This document shows, one piece after another, positions 1 to 12,763 of a DNA stretch of 64,000 nucleotides. The notes under the pieces were generated by a model. The model made no database searches. It had not been told where the DNA came from and saw only the letters and a program-made list of their open reading frames with translations. Source of the stretch: Mobula hypostoma (taxonomy: Eukaryota); the NCBI RefSeq assembly GCF_963921235.1, contig NC_086118.1:26972001-27036000 (forward strand). The letters are read 5' to 3'. A program made the position numbers and the translations under genes. Each line of letters starts with the position of its first letter. Positions within the stretch are counted from its first letter, which is position 1.

Positions 1-167
1 ATTTATTTACTTTTCATTTTTAAAAACGTTATTCAGTTATTGTAATTTACAGTAATTTTTATATATTCTTGTAATTTATGATAACTTTTATGTATTGCAC
101 ACTACTGCTGCCGCAGATAAACAAATTTCATGGCATATGTCACTGAAAATGAATCTGATTCTGATTC
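1..167 (+). mobile_element. 3' end of Rex1/Babar-type LINE
   Basis: actgctgccgca...aaatttcatggcatatgtcactga...(tctgat)n tail, same as ends near 16520 and 53385. Confidence 0.65.
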
Positions 168-169
168 CA

Positions 170-910
170 AGTTTGCAGAAGGCCAGTGACATTTGACTCT
201 TCCGGTCAAGGTGGCACCCGTGTACAATGCTCCCACGGTCAACATCTTCTGGGTAGATTATGAAACCATACATTTCACTTCTTTAATGTCTTATACTTTT
301 TTTTTGTCTTAAATGTGATTCTGGAACTGATTGGAGCCTGTGATTTGTAGTTTGGATATCATTTGGGTGTTTCAGCACTCCGCGGTCTCTGAGAGGATTC
401 CTGGAGGCAGAGGCAGCGTGTGCGAACTTTGTGGCGAGAACACTGTGGGACGGGGCACTATCTGATGTTCAATTTGATTTTGCTGGTTAAAGCTTCCATT
501 GTTTGCCAATTAAAGTGCCAAGGGAGATTGAAACCTTGAGGTGAATGTGGAAGGTGAGCACCGGTTGCCTGCCTTTTGATCGCTGGTGGGAACGCTCTGC
601 TGCCGGAGAGGGCAAGGCCCCCACTGTGCCTGCAGAAGGTTACCCAACTTTTCTGCGGTTTGGATGTAGACTTGTACTATGAACTTTTCTCAGTTTTATA
701 GGTTTTTATATTCTGTGTGTGTTTCGCCCGATCTTTCTTGTTTTTTGTGTGCAGGGGAAGGGCATCTGTTTTTTTAAATTTTTTTGTGCAGAGAGGAGGG
801 ATTTGAGGATTGATGATTGTGCTGCTATTCTTTGCTTTCTTGGTTTTATGGCTATCTGGAGAAGAAGAATTTCAGAGTTGTATACTTTGGTAATAAATGA
901 ACCTTTGAAC
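170..910 (+). mobile_element. Non-autonomous retroelement with Rex1-type 3' tail
   Basis: Non-coding body ending aatttcagagttgtatactttggtaataaatgaacctttgaac, similar to tails near 21060-21140 and 44720-44780. Confidence 0.5.
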
Positions 911-1734
911 AGAGACTTCAGAGTGGGAGTAGATGGAGAATTAAAATAAGAGCAAATTGGAAGCTTAGAATCATCATTGCAATAGAATGGAGATGTTGCA
1001 AAGCGGTCATCTAATCTGTGTTATGTTTCTCCAGTGTATGAGCACTGAATATTATGCGCTAAGGTGGAAGAACTGCAAGTAAATTGCTGCTTCATATGAA
1101 ATGACTTTTTGGGTTACTGGATAGTGGGAACATATTGTAGGTAAAGACAAGGAGGCATTGCATCTCTAATAATTGAAAACAACAATGTTCTGAGAAAGTG
1201 AGAGGTTGATTTAGATGAAAAAAGAGTTGGTGGTGATCACAGGGTGAACTGTGCATTTAGAACGAGGGAAGATATGCCTAGAAATTAAATTTTCTATGAG
1301 AGTATTTTGGAGGCTAATTTGAACTGATCCCAATAACTGATAATAAATTTGCTTGGCATCCAGTCAAATTATTTACAAGGAGGGTAGAAGTATTGTCCTG
1401 ATAAATTTAATCCATTTCAAATTATTCTTATCTGTTCTGTGATCAGATAGCAAAGCATAAAACTTGATGGATTATGAACCTGAAAACTAGGTGGTAATCT
1501 CAGCTCAATATTTAAAAGCAAGTTTGTTTCTTTGGTGATTTACACCTCATTTGGAATAATGACTTTATGATTTCTGGTTGATAGAAACACTATGGACCTG
1601 GAGTTACTTGGGGGAAATACAATGGTGCACATTTGAACGTGGAAACCTTCATCTGTTACTTCCTAAAACTCTTGACTCAGATTCCAGAAAGGAACCATTT
1701 ACAGCATCAGGGTGACCATACCTTGGCTTCAGGG

Positions 1735-2080
1735 CATTCCGGAGGCCGTGGTAAAACAAAGCACCCTACTTAAAAGCTTAGCATTTCTGGACAATATTTC
1801 TCACCCTCTGCGTACCACCTTGGCTGAACAGAGGGGCACTTTTAGTAATAGACTAAGACAACCATGTTGCTCCAAAGAGCACTATATGAGGTCATTCTTA
1901 CCTTCTGCCATTAGCCTCCATAATGAGTCAACCTATAATTGGGGAAGTGATGACCCCCTCCTGTTAGACTGTTTGAGGTAACTTACTTTTTATTTTTACC
2001 TCTCTGCTAATGTTTGTATATCTGTGCACTTGTAATGCTACTGTGACACTGTAATTTCCTTTGGGATCAATAGGGTACCT
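1735..2080 (+). mobile_element. Rex1/Babar LINE 3' fragment
   Basis: ORF end LDNISHPLRTTLAEQRGTFSNRLRQ...RSFLPSAISLHN, followed by gtaatttcctttgggatcaata tail. Confidence 0.75.
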
Positions 2081-2804
2081 TCCTACCCATAAACATCTAA
2101 TTTACCACTTAGCCTTACAATGACGCATTGTAGAGATGTTTGTTACTGATCCATCTGCAACACTCTAAATTTTTTTAAGCTGATTTGTGATATTTGTAAC
2201 AAAGTCTTAAAATCTCAGTTGCAGTATAAATGTTAGAGAAAAAAACCCATTCTTGGATTAATTTTCTTAACCTTATTAAAATTTGGAACTTTTCTAAAAG
2301 CCTCTGTGGGAGTCAAGTTAAATGTCAGTTGGACTGAAGTGGGGATGTGGCCTAACAAATAACATGTGATGCATTTCTGTGGAAGGCCAAGGATCCCCGG
2401 TGCACCCCTGGAGACGAAGGCTGGGAGTCCACAAGTACAGTACTGTATACCGCTGAGGTTTGTTTTAAGTGGGTAACAAGATGATAGAATCATATTCTTG
2501 CTCTCTAGGGAATGATAATAATGAAATTTACTTTTTTCCTCTTTCAATTTAGGACATTCTGATTCTGAACATGTCTTGCTGAGAATGTGTTTTGTTTATT
2601 GACTCTCTGGGTCAATATTTTCACTGTTGGATGTTTTGTACCACATTCATTCATGCAATATCATGCCTTGGTTGATTTTTATAAAAAAACAAGCTGAGGT
2701 AGTGCCAAATCAAAGTGAATCATTATAGTTCAAGTGCACATCTAAATGATTTCTTCCAGGTTTCAAAGTGCTACGTGGTCACAAAACTTGCTTTTTATTC
2801 ACAG

Positions 2805-2847
2805 TATAGCAAAGAGAGGGTTGTCTCTGGGTGGATCGGATGGTGGG
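2805..2847 (+). CDS. OGFOD3: OGFOD3 internal coding exon (first visible in window)
   Basis: Acceptor ctttttattcacag, donor gtaagt; 43 nt; reads (S)IAKRGLSLGGSDGG, matching vertebrate OGFOD3 xAEKGLSLGGSDGG; ends phase 0, compatible with next exon. Confidence 0.93.
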
Positions 2848-3729
2848 GTAAGTGAACTTTTATATTTAGATAGCAAGCTTTTTCCAAAAAAATACACTGC
2901 TAAATGCTGAAAGGGTTTTTTCTTCTGTGATCCCTGCTGAAAAATATTTTCTATTTTGATGCATCATTCAAGGTTCTTGTATGTTTCTAATCCTATAATC
3001 ACAATGGACAAATAAGAAACAGTGATTTTTGGGTTATAAACTGGTTCTTTATCACAGTGTTCTTTTTGTGAACACCCCCTCCCCATTGACTCGCTATCTT
3101 TTTGTCCATTAGCATATTCACCTTTGACACAATCTATCCCATTATTTTGAATACTGGCTAATCTGCATCTAGATCCTGAGTAGCTGTTTGATGTTTCTGT
3201 CTTCTGAACAAGTCGATCTGAAGAGCCTCCAGCCAGTTATCCATTTTAATGGATGGTTGTTCTGTGCTTCAACTAGACTCCAAACTCTGTAATCCTCTCT
3301 CTAAGCCTCTTTATCTTCCCTCATTCAAGATGCCTATGAAATACTGGTCATCTAAAGCAATTTGCTGTAAATTTAATTTGATAAGTGTCTTTAGGAGTTT
3401 TACCACAGTAAAGGCATGAAATTGAGGAAGACCATTCAGTTACTCTCTTGAAAGATTGTTCCCATAGTTCTTTAACTACAGACATTCCCAATGGATATAC
3501 CAGTATAAGGAGCAAGAGAAAGTAATTTTGATTTAAATGACTCTATACTGAAGGCAGTGGGACTGCACTCCCCAACCTGGACAAGTCAAATAGGATGGCA
3601 TAATGATGCAGCTAGTAGAGCTGCTCCTCTCAACATCCCCCACCTCCCCTGCCAGTGATCTGGGTTCAATACTGCTACCCCGAGGGATTATTTTGGCAGT
3701 AAGAAACTATGGCTAGCAGGTATTAATTA

Positions 3730-4315
3730 AAACGAGAAGCAACACACACAAAATGCTGGAGGAACTCAGTAGGACAGGTAGCATCTATGGAAATGAATAA
3801 ATAGTTGATGTTTCGGGCCGAGGCCCTTCTTCAAGAGTTAAATGGAAGGGGGAAGACACCAGCATAAAAAGGTGGGGGGGAGGGGAAGGAGGATAGCTAG
3901 AAAGTGACAGGTGAAGCCAGGTGCGTGGGGAAGGTCGAAGGTCAAGGGAGAAGTAGTAATCTGATAGGAGAGGAAAATGGACCATAGGAGAAAGTGAAGA
4001 AGAAGGGGAAGGATAGGCAGGGGAGAAGAGGTAAAAGGCTAAAGTGGGGAAGAGGGAAGTGGGAGGGAATTTTTTTTTTACCAGAAGGAGAAATCAATAT
4101 TCATACCATCAAGTTGGGGAGGAAGTAAAAGCTGTTCATAATTTAGCAGGCCAGGCAGTATCTATGGAAAAGAGCAAACTCCAATACTGATGAAGGGTTT
4201 TGTCCTGCAACACCGACAGTTTACTCTTTTCTATAGATGCTACCTGACCTGCTGAACTCCTCCAGCATTTTGTGTGTGTTGCTTTGGATTTCCAGCATCT
4301 GCCAATTTTCTCTTG
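3730..4315. mobile_element. Penelope-like element remnant with inverted halves
   Basis: 3730-4125 minus-strand pLTR/3' region; 4140-4315 plus-strand pLTR; both carry decayed hammerhead cores. Confidence 0.75.
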
Positions 4316-6773
4316 TTCCTGTCCACAGTTTAACTGCAACTGATACTTTAAGGCCAGCCAAACCAATCATTGGATGTAGGACCTTGAGATTCTGCGCCAT
4401 AGAAACTATGCAGGGGAAGATGATAGACAAATGTTCCTGTTAATTTGTAGTCATTTAAAACTTCATGATAACCTCAGGGAAGATATAAAGTGGCTGTCTT
4501 CTGCATTGACTCATTGTAAAGGGTGTATCCCTGCTATCTAATACACAGTTCAAGACACATCTGTTTTGTCACTTTATATTTGGACTTTTCGTATATTCAG
4601 GGAGCCAACCCTCAATACTGTAACAAACGAGGTATATTTTGGGTGTCTATCCTCAGAAGCTCTTGGACCAGCCTCCAGCTGTTGGATATTCCTATGGGCT
4701 TTGCTAGTTACCTTTCTACACTCAAAGTTAAAGATAGATAGGTGATTATAGCCATCAAAACCACAGTTAATCCTTTATTAATACAGTATTATGCAGATTA
4801 TAAATTCTGTAGATGCTGGAACTTCCAAAGCAATACATACAAATTCCTGGAGGAAAACAGCAGGTCAGGCAGCATCTATACAAATGAACGTGTCAACGTT
4901 TTTGTACCAAGACCCTTAGTTTCCTCCAGCATTTTGTGTGTGCTGCTTAATCATTTTATTCTTGTCTTTGTGTTTAAAAAGTATAAAATATCATGTAGCG
5001 TGAAGAAAGTTAGATTCTCTCCAGAAGATCTACTGCGTTGAATACAGACCTTTTATTTCTACTTCAGTGTGGCTCAGTTCTGCAGTGTCATGGGTTTCCT
5101 GAAAAGATGCACAGAGTGGAAGATTATTTAGCCGCTATAAATTTTGCCTATAGTGTAGGAAATGAGGGTTGAATAAAGATGGAGTACGTATTATGGGATT
5201 AGTCTAGGAAGCAGAGACTGTTCCCATGCACCATACACTATTGGGCTTCCAAGCAGAAGAACCTCTCCATAACCCCCTCAACCCTTTTAAACTGAGGCTT
5301 GGTTAAATGGTTGAAGTGGATTATTTGAACCTGCTTTGAATTTCTTCATCACTCATTCATTATTGACAATGCAAACATGAAATTAATTCCGTGGTGTGTT
5401 TTTTTTATCTTTTCATGGGATGTGGACATCATCGACATTTTGAATTAGTACTGAATCAAAAGGCATGTTAAGCGTTAACCACATTGATGGGTCTTGAGTC
5501 ACACATAATCAGACCATGAGAGTAAAGATGGGAAGGGTGTTGCATATTTGATCACTGAAGTACATTAATGTACCAGATTGGTTTTAACATTATCTGGTTA
5601 TTGGTTTCTTATTACATATTAATTTTTCTTAAATTCTCCAGCTGCTGTGGTGGGTTCAGACTCCTGGATAAGCTATCTTTATAACAGAACAACCTGTACC
5701 ATGAATTTGCGATATTATATTCTCTGAAAAATATTTGCCTGGGATTCTGGTATTTAAAATGTCACAAATAATCAATGGGAGTATCCGTATAGCCTTTTAC
5801 AGGCAATTCAGATAGACTTTAAAATAGTTCTACATTACAGGGCAGAATCAATCTTTGATTGTTCTGCTGATTTACAGTATAATTTTTATATCTCAGTGTA
5901 TTTAATCACTTGTATTAAAAGCTTTTTCTTGTTTGCCTTCATTGGCTTTAAATTATTGGAGAATGGGGTATAGATACTTGTAAGTTTAGATTTAACAAGT
6001 AAAAGGGCAGACCTGAAGATTGTTGTAATGTACATATCCTTGCCAACTTGCTCATGAAACTCCACTCAAATTGATTGCCGTTGGGAGTTATTTTGTTGTT
6101 CTACAACACCATTTTCCTGCAGCTTCTAGTTGTTTAAAATCTTAATTTTATTAAGGGCACAAGAAAATACTAATTGCTGCAGCATATGACTTGTGATAAC
6201 ATTAAATCAGACCTTAAGGTTCATTGTATCTGACTTGCTATTGCAACATGCCTCTATAATTCATTCTGCCTGAAAATCAAAAGATATTTCATTCTTTCAT
6301 TGATAATTGTAATTTATCTACTAATCCTTTCTCTTTACTTAATTTCCTTTTGAAAATTCCAACTTTTTTTTGTTTGCATTTTATTACATCTCGGTTTGAT
6401 TTTTCTTTTGTGTTTATATCAAATAGCCTTAATGACTTGAAGATTAGGTCATTTTAATTGTCAAAGATTAATAGTATAATTATGCACTTAATTACTTGAA
6501 GTGCGCTTGATTTATGTCTCCTAGTTCAGCCAGGTTTGTATTACTGTAATCATGTTAAATTACAGTTTAAATTAATTAATCGCTGTCTGTCTCCTTCTCA
6601 TCCATTGTATCTTTATTGGACATGGCGGTTAAGTACCAAGATGTCATGACAGATTCTATGATTGATACATTTGTATAATATTGAAAGGACTAACTATACT
6701 TGTGGCATTCCCTTAATTTGTTGTGAAACATAGAAGGGTAGTCATGGGGAAATACAATTGATATATTTCTAGA

Positions 6774-7152
6774 TGGGTGGCGAGGTGGAGATACGTCTCT
6801 ACCAAAGGAGGTGCAAAACGCTCCTTTCCTCCACACCTGCAGGTCACCCTTGGACAAGGTGTAACACCTGCTTAGCCTCCCGATCAGGGTCACATGAAGC
6901 CATGGGCGCAGGTGGTGGATGGTCGTATGAGTAGATGATGCATATTCTATGTCCCGCTTTTGTGACCACTGACACTAGGCAGACGATCTTTGAAGAGGAT
7001 TGATAATGGCTGGGGTTCTCCCATCATGCAAAGACACTGCCCAGAAGAAGGCACTGGCAAACCATTTCTGCAGAAAAACTTGCTAAGAACAATCATGGTC
7101 ATGAGACTATGATCATCTACATTACACGACACGGCACATGATAATGATGATG
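6774..7152 (+). mobile_element. RTE-related non-autonomous SINE-like element
   Basis: gaagaaggcactggcaaacca motif like RTE/Bov-A/Sauria-type SINEs, (tga)n tail, possible TSD tttctaga/tttataga. Confidence 0.6.
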
Positions 7153-7239
7153 TTTATAGAAAACATTTAAATAAGTAAAATTTTTCAAATTGGAAGGACT
7201 CATTTGGTAGAGTAAAAAATAGTTTTATGCTCATGTAAA

Positions 7240-7985
7240 GAGTATATCACTAGGGCTTTTCCCTTTGGAGTAAAGGTTGAGAGATGACTTGACAGAGGTG
7301 TAGAAGATGATAAAAGGCATAGATTGGGTAGATTGCCAGAAACTTTTTCTCAGAGAAGTGGGTAAAATGAAGAGGCATAATTAAGGTGTGTGGTGGAAAG
7401 TCGTCGTTGTGGCTATCCCTCGAAGTCAAGGATGATGGTCTTCGTTCTGTTGATTTATTTATGGGCTCTCAAGTGGCTATGAGTCCAATCTTGGCTTTGA
7501 AAGTTCGTCCGCATTCAGGACAGGTAGTTCCAGGTGGCAGATTGGGTTTTGGGTTGTTGCGCCTCTCTTTCCATTTTCTTCTCTTTTCTTCTAATTCTTC
7601 ACATCTGTTGGCTTCGAAAGTTGCTGTTCCTTTTTGGATGATGGCTTGCCAGAGTTTCTGGTCCTTGGCATTGGTTTCCCAACTGTTGATGTCGATGTTA
7701 CATTTCTTCATGTTGGCTTTTAAGACATCTTAAGAGGTGGACAGTGTAGAAAGGGATGTCAAAGGTAGTTTTTTTTACACAAAGAATGGTAGATGCATGG
7801 ACGTGCTGCCAGGGATGGTGGTCGAGGCAGATACAATAGGAGCATTTAAGAGACTGTTAAATAGGCACATAGATGAAAGGAAAATGGAGAGCTATGTAGG
7901 AAGAAATAGACTAATCTGTGGGTTAAAAGGTCAACACAGCATCGTGGGCCATGGGCCTGTACTGCGCTGTACTGTTATCTAGGCG
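7240..7985 (+). mobile_element. CR1 LINE 3' fragment, interrupted by an RTE piece
   Basis: Decayed RLRGDLIEVYKMI...LPGMVVEADTIGAFKRLLNRH; CR1 3' UTR gggcctgtactgcgctgtactgtt. Confidence 0.75.
7402..7735 (-). mobile_element. RTE-clade LINE 3' fragment with C-terminal zinc finger
   Basis: KDVLKANMKKCNIDINSWETNAKD...TCPECGRTFKAKIGLI; TSD ggtggaaagt (7392-7401) / ggtggacagt (7736-7745). Confidence 0.85.
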
Positions 7986-8459
7986 AAAGTCTCAAAATTA
8001 AAGAATTTCTATAACGCTTTTTAAATGTTGTACTTAGACTAAATTTCTCAATACTCTGCAACATTACTATATCCTTTTTCTGAATATTTTATGAGAAGAC
8101 AGTATTGATGTGATTGAATCATTATACCTGACAGATTGGTGAAGCTCTGTTTTTCCATTGCTTTATGGAATTTAAACCATAACTTGTAACTAGGCCTTAA
8201 GTAGCTCTATAAGACAGCTGAGTTTCATAAAGACCCCTGGTTCCATTCTTAAGGATTAAACTACAGCAAACCAACTAAATCATACTGCCAAATTTCATGC
8301 AATCTTCTCTGATGCAGCCATCTGTTGGTACTGTGATTTTGTGCCATCACTGTTAGGTTAGAGCAAACATTGGCTTCAGTGTACATTACCATTGCAAAAA
8401 AACCTATTCTCGAACCAGTACAACACTAAATTCCCAAACAGGCCATTGCTTTTTGTAAT

Positions 8460-9040
8460 GCAAGATGTAGATGCTGGGAATCTGGAACAACACAAAAGAA
8501 CTGGAGGAGGTTAACAGGTCGGGTCAGGCAGCATCCATGGAGGGAAATAGACAGTTGACGTTTTAGGCCATCAGCACAGGAAAGGAAGAGGGCAAAGATG
8601 AGGGGGGAGGATGGAGCAAAAGCTGGCAGGTGATAGGTGGTTTCAGGAGAGTGGGGTTTAATAGGCAGGTGAGGGAGGAAAGAGAGTGGGATCAATAGAA
8701 GAATTTGGAAGCTGATAGGTGGAAGTGAGAAAGGGCTGAAGGAGAAGATGGAACCAGCCGGCACCTTCCAGTGACCAGCCATTTTAATATCACTTCTTAT
8801 TCTCATACCAACATATTTGTGCATGGTCTGCTCCGCTGCTAAATTGTGGCTAGCTTCAGATTAAAGGAACAGATCTTCAGATTCCTCCATGCTAGTCTCC
8901 AAACTGACAGCATGAAAATCGATTTCTCCAGCTTCTGGTAACCACTCCGTCTATCCCTTTTCTTTTTTTCTCTTGACACCGCTTGCCCCCTTCACCTTAC
9001 CTGTTGCTGTCTCCTCCCCCCAACCCACGCACTCCTCCCA
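8460..9040. mobile_element. Old Penelope-like element remnant with inversion
   Basis: Minus-strand pLTR, then plus-strand decayed GIY-YIG C-terminus (ccagtgaccagccattttaat...ctccaaactgacagcatgaaaatcgatttctcc). Confidence 0.65.
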
Positions 9041-9819
9041 CATTACAGCTAATAATCTGACAAAGAAAGGATCTGATTCTTAAAGTTAACTGAGTTCAGT
9101 CAAGGGAAATAACTACTGTTCTTCTGCATTGTTCTCTGACCTCATGAACACCAGTTACAGTTGATGAAGTTCTTAAAAGTGATTACATAATGTTGAGACA
9201 TGTCTCTGGTAAAATGTCAAGCTTGTACCCCACATGATACTTCAGCGACTCGGGCAAAGCAAGCAAGACTGTTTAGTCCTACGGGCTAACAGTTTTACTG
9301 TGCAGTTTGAAATTCACCTGGAGGTATCATAACCAACCTTTCAAAACTAATTGCTGTCCATTTCTTAACTCATACTCTACTAAATAAATTGAAATGTTAG
9401 AACTCAGGCCACATATGGAATAAATACATGAAGTTAGATTAGGTGAATATCTCACAAAAGTGAGCATTGAAATTGGGTAGGTTTTATGATGGTGATTAGT
9501 TTGCTTGCTTGCTTTCCTCTGGGCGTTGATTCTTGCCAATAGGAGCTATAATCCATTGGACCATTCCATTCATCAGTGACAACATCGTTCAGGAATATAC
9601 CAAATAAATTTACAAGACTGTAAACATTATTCAGTGGCAAGTAAACCATGCAACAGCCAATTCTACATCAGCAAAGTATCGGAAGCTGTGATGAGCACAT
9701 GGAACCAATTGTTCTGTTTTGCTGTTGTGATAGTGTTGATTGGTAGATGTGACAGCTTGGAGAGGGATAAGTCAATTCTCAGCAATCTGATGGAGTGGAT
9801 TGAAGCCTCTGCCCATTTC

Positions 9820-10575
9820 CATAAGACCATAAGACAAAGGAGCAGAAGTCAGCCATTTGGCCCATCAAGTCTGCTCTGCCATTTTATCATGAGCTGATCC
9901 ATTCTCCCATTTAGTCCCACTCCCCTGCCTTCTCACCATTACTGTTGATGCCCTGGCTACTCAGATAGCTATCAACACGCTGGAGGAACTCAGCAGGTCA
10001 GGCAGCATCCGTGGAAATAATGAGTGCCTATCACCTCCCTCATGGTTCCACCTCCTTCTACTACCCATTGTGTTCTCCCCTATTCTTTCTTCACCTTTCC
10101 TGCCTCTCACCTTCCTGCTTCCCCTCCCCCACCCCTTTGTCTTTCCCCTTACTGGTTTTTCACCTGGAACCTACCACCCTCCCCCTCCTTCTTTATAGGG
10201 CCTCTGCCCCTTCCCTCTAGTGTCCTAATGAAGGGTTCCAGCCTGAAATGTTGACTCATCATTTCCACAGATGCTGCCCGACCTGCTGAGTTCCTCCAGC
10301 ATGTTGTGAGTGTTGCTTTGATCCCAGCATCTGCAGATTATTTTGTGTTTACAGATAGCTATCAATCTCTGCCTTAAATACATTTGACCTCCACTACCGC
10401 CGTGGCAACAAATTCCACAGATTCACCACCCTCTGGCTAAAAAAATTTCTTCGCATCTCTGTTCTGAATGGGCGCCCTTCAATCCTTAAGTCATGCCCTC
10501 TCGTACTAGACTCCCCCACCATGGGAAACAACTTTACCACATCCACTCTGTCCATGCCTTTCAACATTCGAAACA
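9820..10575 (-). mobile_element. CR1 LINE 3' fragment, interrupted by a Penelope insertion
   Basis: FRMLKGMDRVDVVKLFPMVGESSTRGHDLRIEGRPFRTEMRRNFFSQRVVNLWNLLP; same family as 27110-28927. Confidence 0.85.
9976..10351 (+). mobile_element. Penelope-like pLTR insertion with 5' inversion
   Basis: Perfect 14-bp TSD cagatagctatcaa (9962-9975, 10352-10365); first ~50 nt are the reverse complement of 10255-10300. Confidence 0.85.
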
Positions 10576-11163
10576 TTTCAGTAGTATTGAAATTATTTTT
10601 CTCTGTCTAGTGAAGCAAGAAGTTTGTATCTCACACTGAAGTTCCCTTTCCAAATCAGTGAGTTTTAGGCTTGAGTAAACTCATGATTTACCCCAAAGTT
10701 GTATAGCACAAAGATCCTCTGAGGATAACTTCTAATTGTGCTCCCTGAGCAGTTACATGAAAAATGGGCAAAAAACCTGAGTGGCCTTGACCTCAAAATG
10801 TTAAATTATTGCATTCTCTCCAGATCTGCTGAGTGCTTACAGCAGTTTTTATCCGTGTTCTTGGATTCATTACCGCCCAATTTTGACTTATTGTTTATAT
10901 TAATAATAATGTGGATCACTAACTTCAATTTATCAGGAAAAATAAAATACTTGACATTTTTATATGTGTTAAAGTGAGCAGCTTTCTCGAAGTTTAATAC
11001 TTTTGTAGGATTATTTAAAATATTGAGCAGTTAGATGATAATCAAAGCTTTAGAGACTGCAAAACATTTTTTTTCTCTAAATTTCCTGAAAATGACAATT
11101 TTTTAAAGGGACAAGTGTTGTACTGCATGTGGGAATTGTTACATTGGTCTCTCTATTTCCTAG

Positions 11164-11228
11164 GCCTCCATTCTTGATTTGCATTCTGGAGCTCTGTCAA
11201 TGGGGAAACAGTTTGTCAATATCTATAG
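11164..11228 (+). CDS. OGFOD3: OGFOD3 internal coding exon
   Basis: Acceptor ctctctatttcctag, donor gtaaga; 65 nt; ASILDLHSGALSMGKQFVNIY(R). Confidence 0.96.
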
Positions 11229-12706
11229 GTAAGATGTGGTAAGATGATTGTTTGCCTCAGTTATTCATGAGGGTTTCAAGGTGCCGGTCTTTCAAGCTGG
11301 ATGCTGTACCTCACAGAGAATCCTTATCATATTGTAGCAGATTTAATTGGTTAATGACCTGGAGGGCAAACCAATGCTTTTTATTTCCTTTCTCCACCTT
11401 TGGCATGTGGATTATGTGTAAAGTGACTTTTATTCTGTTTGCATGTCATTTTAATTCACTCATAAACATCCTTAAAATCCAGCTGCATCTGTGTAAAAGC
11501 ATTCAGGCATAGAAAGACTTAATCGTTAGTATATAGTTCACGGTGACAGTCAGTAATTTAGACTTGAACATTACTACTTTGGAGCTCCACGCTTCAGCGT
11601 ATGTCCCCTCTTGACACCATGGAGAATTCATATTTTTATCATATTTCGTCACGTGGTCGTTTGACTCATCAAGACGATATCAGCTCTTGGAGCATTCCCG
11701 TCAATTCCAATTCCCCACTTATTTCCCAGTATACTATTTCCTCATCAACTGTCCCGAGCTCCACCAATTCTCCCTTGAGCCTCTGATACCAGAGGTAATT
11801 TCAGTAGTTAATTTAACTTACCAGTCCTTGTGTCTTTGGGAGGGGAGGGTGACAACTGGAATGTCTGGGGAAAAATCAATTGGTCACTGGGAGAATGTGT
11901 CACCTCCATTCTGACAGCACTAGAGGCTGGGATTTATCCCAGGCTACTGGAGCTGTGAGCTCCTGTATTCACGCTAGTTAAGGAGATCACAAGCTACTAA
12001 TAGGTGATATTACTTCTCGCTATGTTTGTACATTTTAGTTACTTCTCCTTGTTTAAAGCTACAGTTCCCTGCAGCGACTGGTCTGGCTGCACCTGGTGAT
12101 TTTGAGGCTTGTGCACAAGCTACTTGCTTTGTGTCCGGGGTCATCTAGCAGAGCATGAGCAGGTCAACCAGCTGGAAAAGAATATGGTGACACATCTGTC
12201 TGCTCTCCAGTAAACTGACTGTCTGGAATTATTCAGTGTAGTTTTACTGGATTTTACTTTTATTGCTATCAATAGTGGTAACTTTAGGAAGCACCATCCT
12301 TTCTGTAAATATTAAATTTAGCTTTTATAGGTATTCTTCAGCTGGCACTATGCTAATGTCTCTAACAGCTTGCTGGTATCTCTCAATCAGCTAGATCAGG
12401 CATTGCTAGCCAGTATATTTTCTGCCATGATTACTTTAGCGTGAGTTCCAATCTCATGTGAGACTGCATTTTGTGATTGTTATGCAACTTGCATGTTTAT
12501 TCTTTGGACATGGGCCAAGCTGCAGACAACATAGCCCTTTTTTTATCGATCTACTTGAAATGGTTTTATTTTTATGTAATCTTCAGATAAAGAGCTTTGA
12601 ATTTCTACATGAATTGAAACTTTACAGTGTGCACATGTTGGAATAATTGTAAATGAAGATTAAACTGAGAACATTGCATGCTGTTAATTAAAAAATACTT
12701 TTATAG

Positions 12707-12763
12707 GTACTTTGGCGAGCAAATAAAAGATTTATTTGATGAAGAAGACTTCGCATTATACAG
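12707..12763 (+). CDS. OGFOD3: OGFOD3 internal coding exon
   Basis: Acceptor tacttttatag, donor gtactc; 57 nt; (R)YFGEQIKDLFDEEDFALY(S); phases fit both neighbours. Confidence 0.94.

Noticed and set aside
3800..3840. Additional hammerhead-like copies (also near 4190, 10225, 23250, 39960, 53730, 57775)
   Set aside because: Core CUGANGA, GAAA or the GUC triplet is mutated; counted as decayed pLTR copies, not ribozymes
9327..9649. Two minus-strand ORFs in unique sequence
   Set aside because: No recognisable motif, splice structure or codon bias
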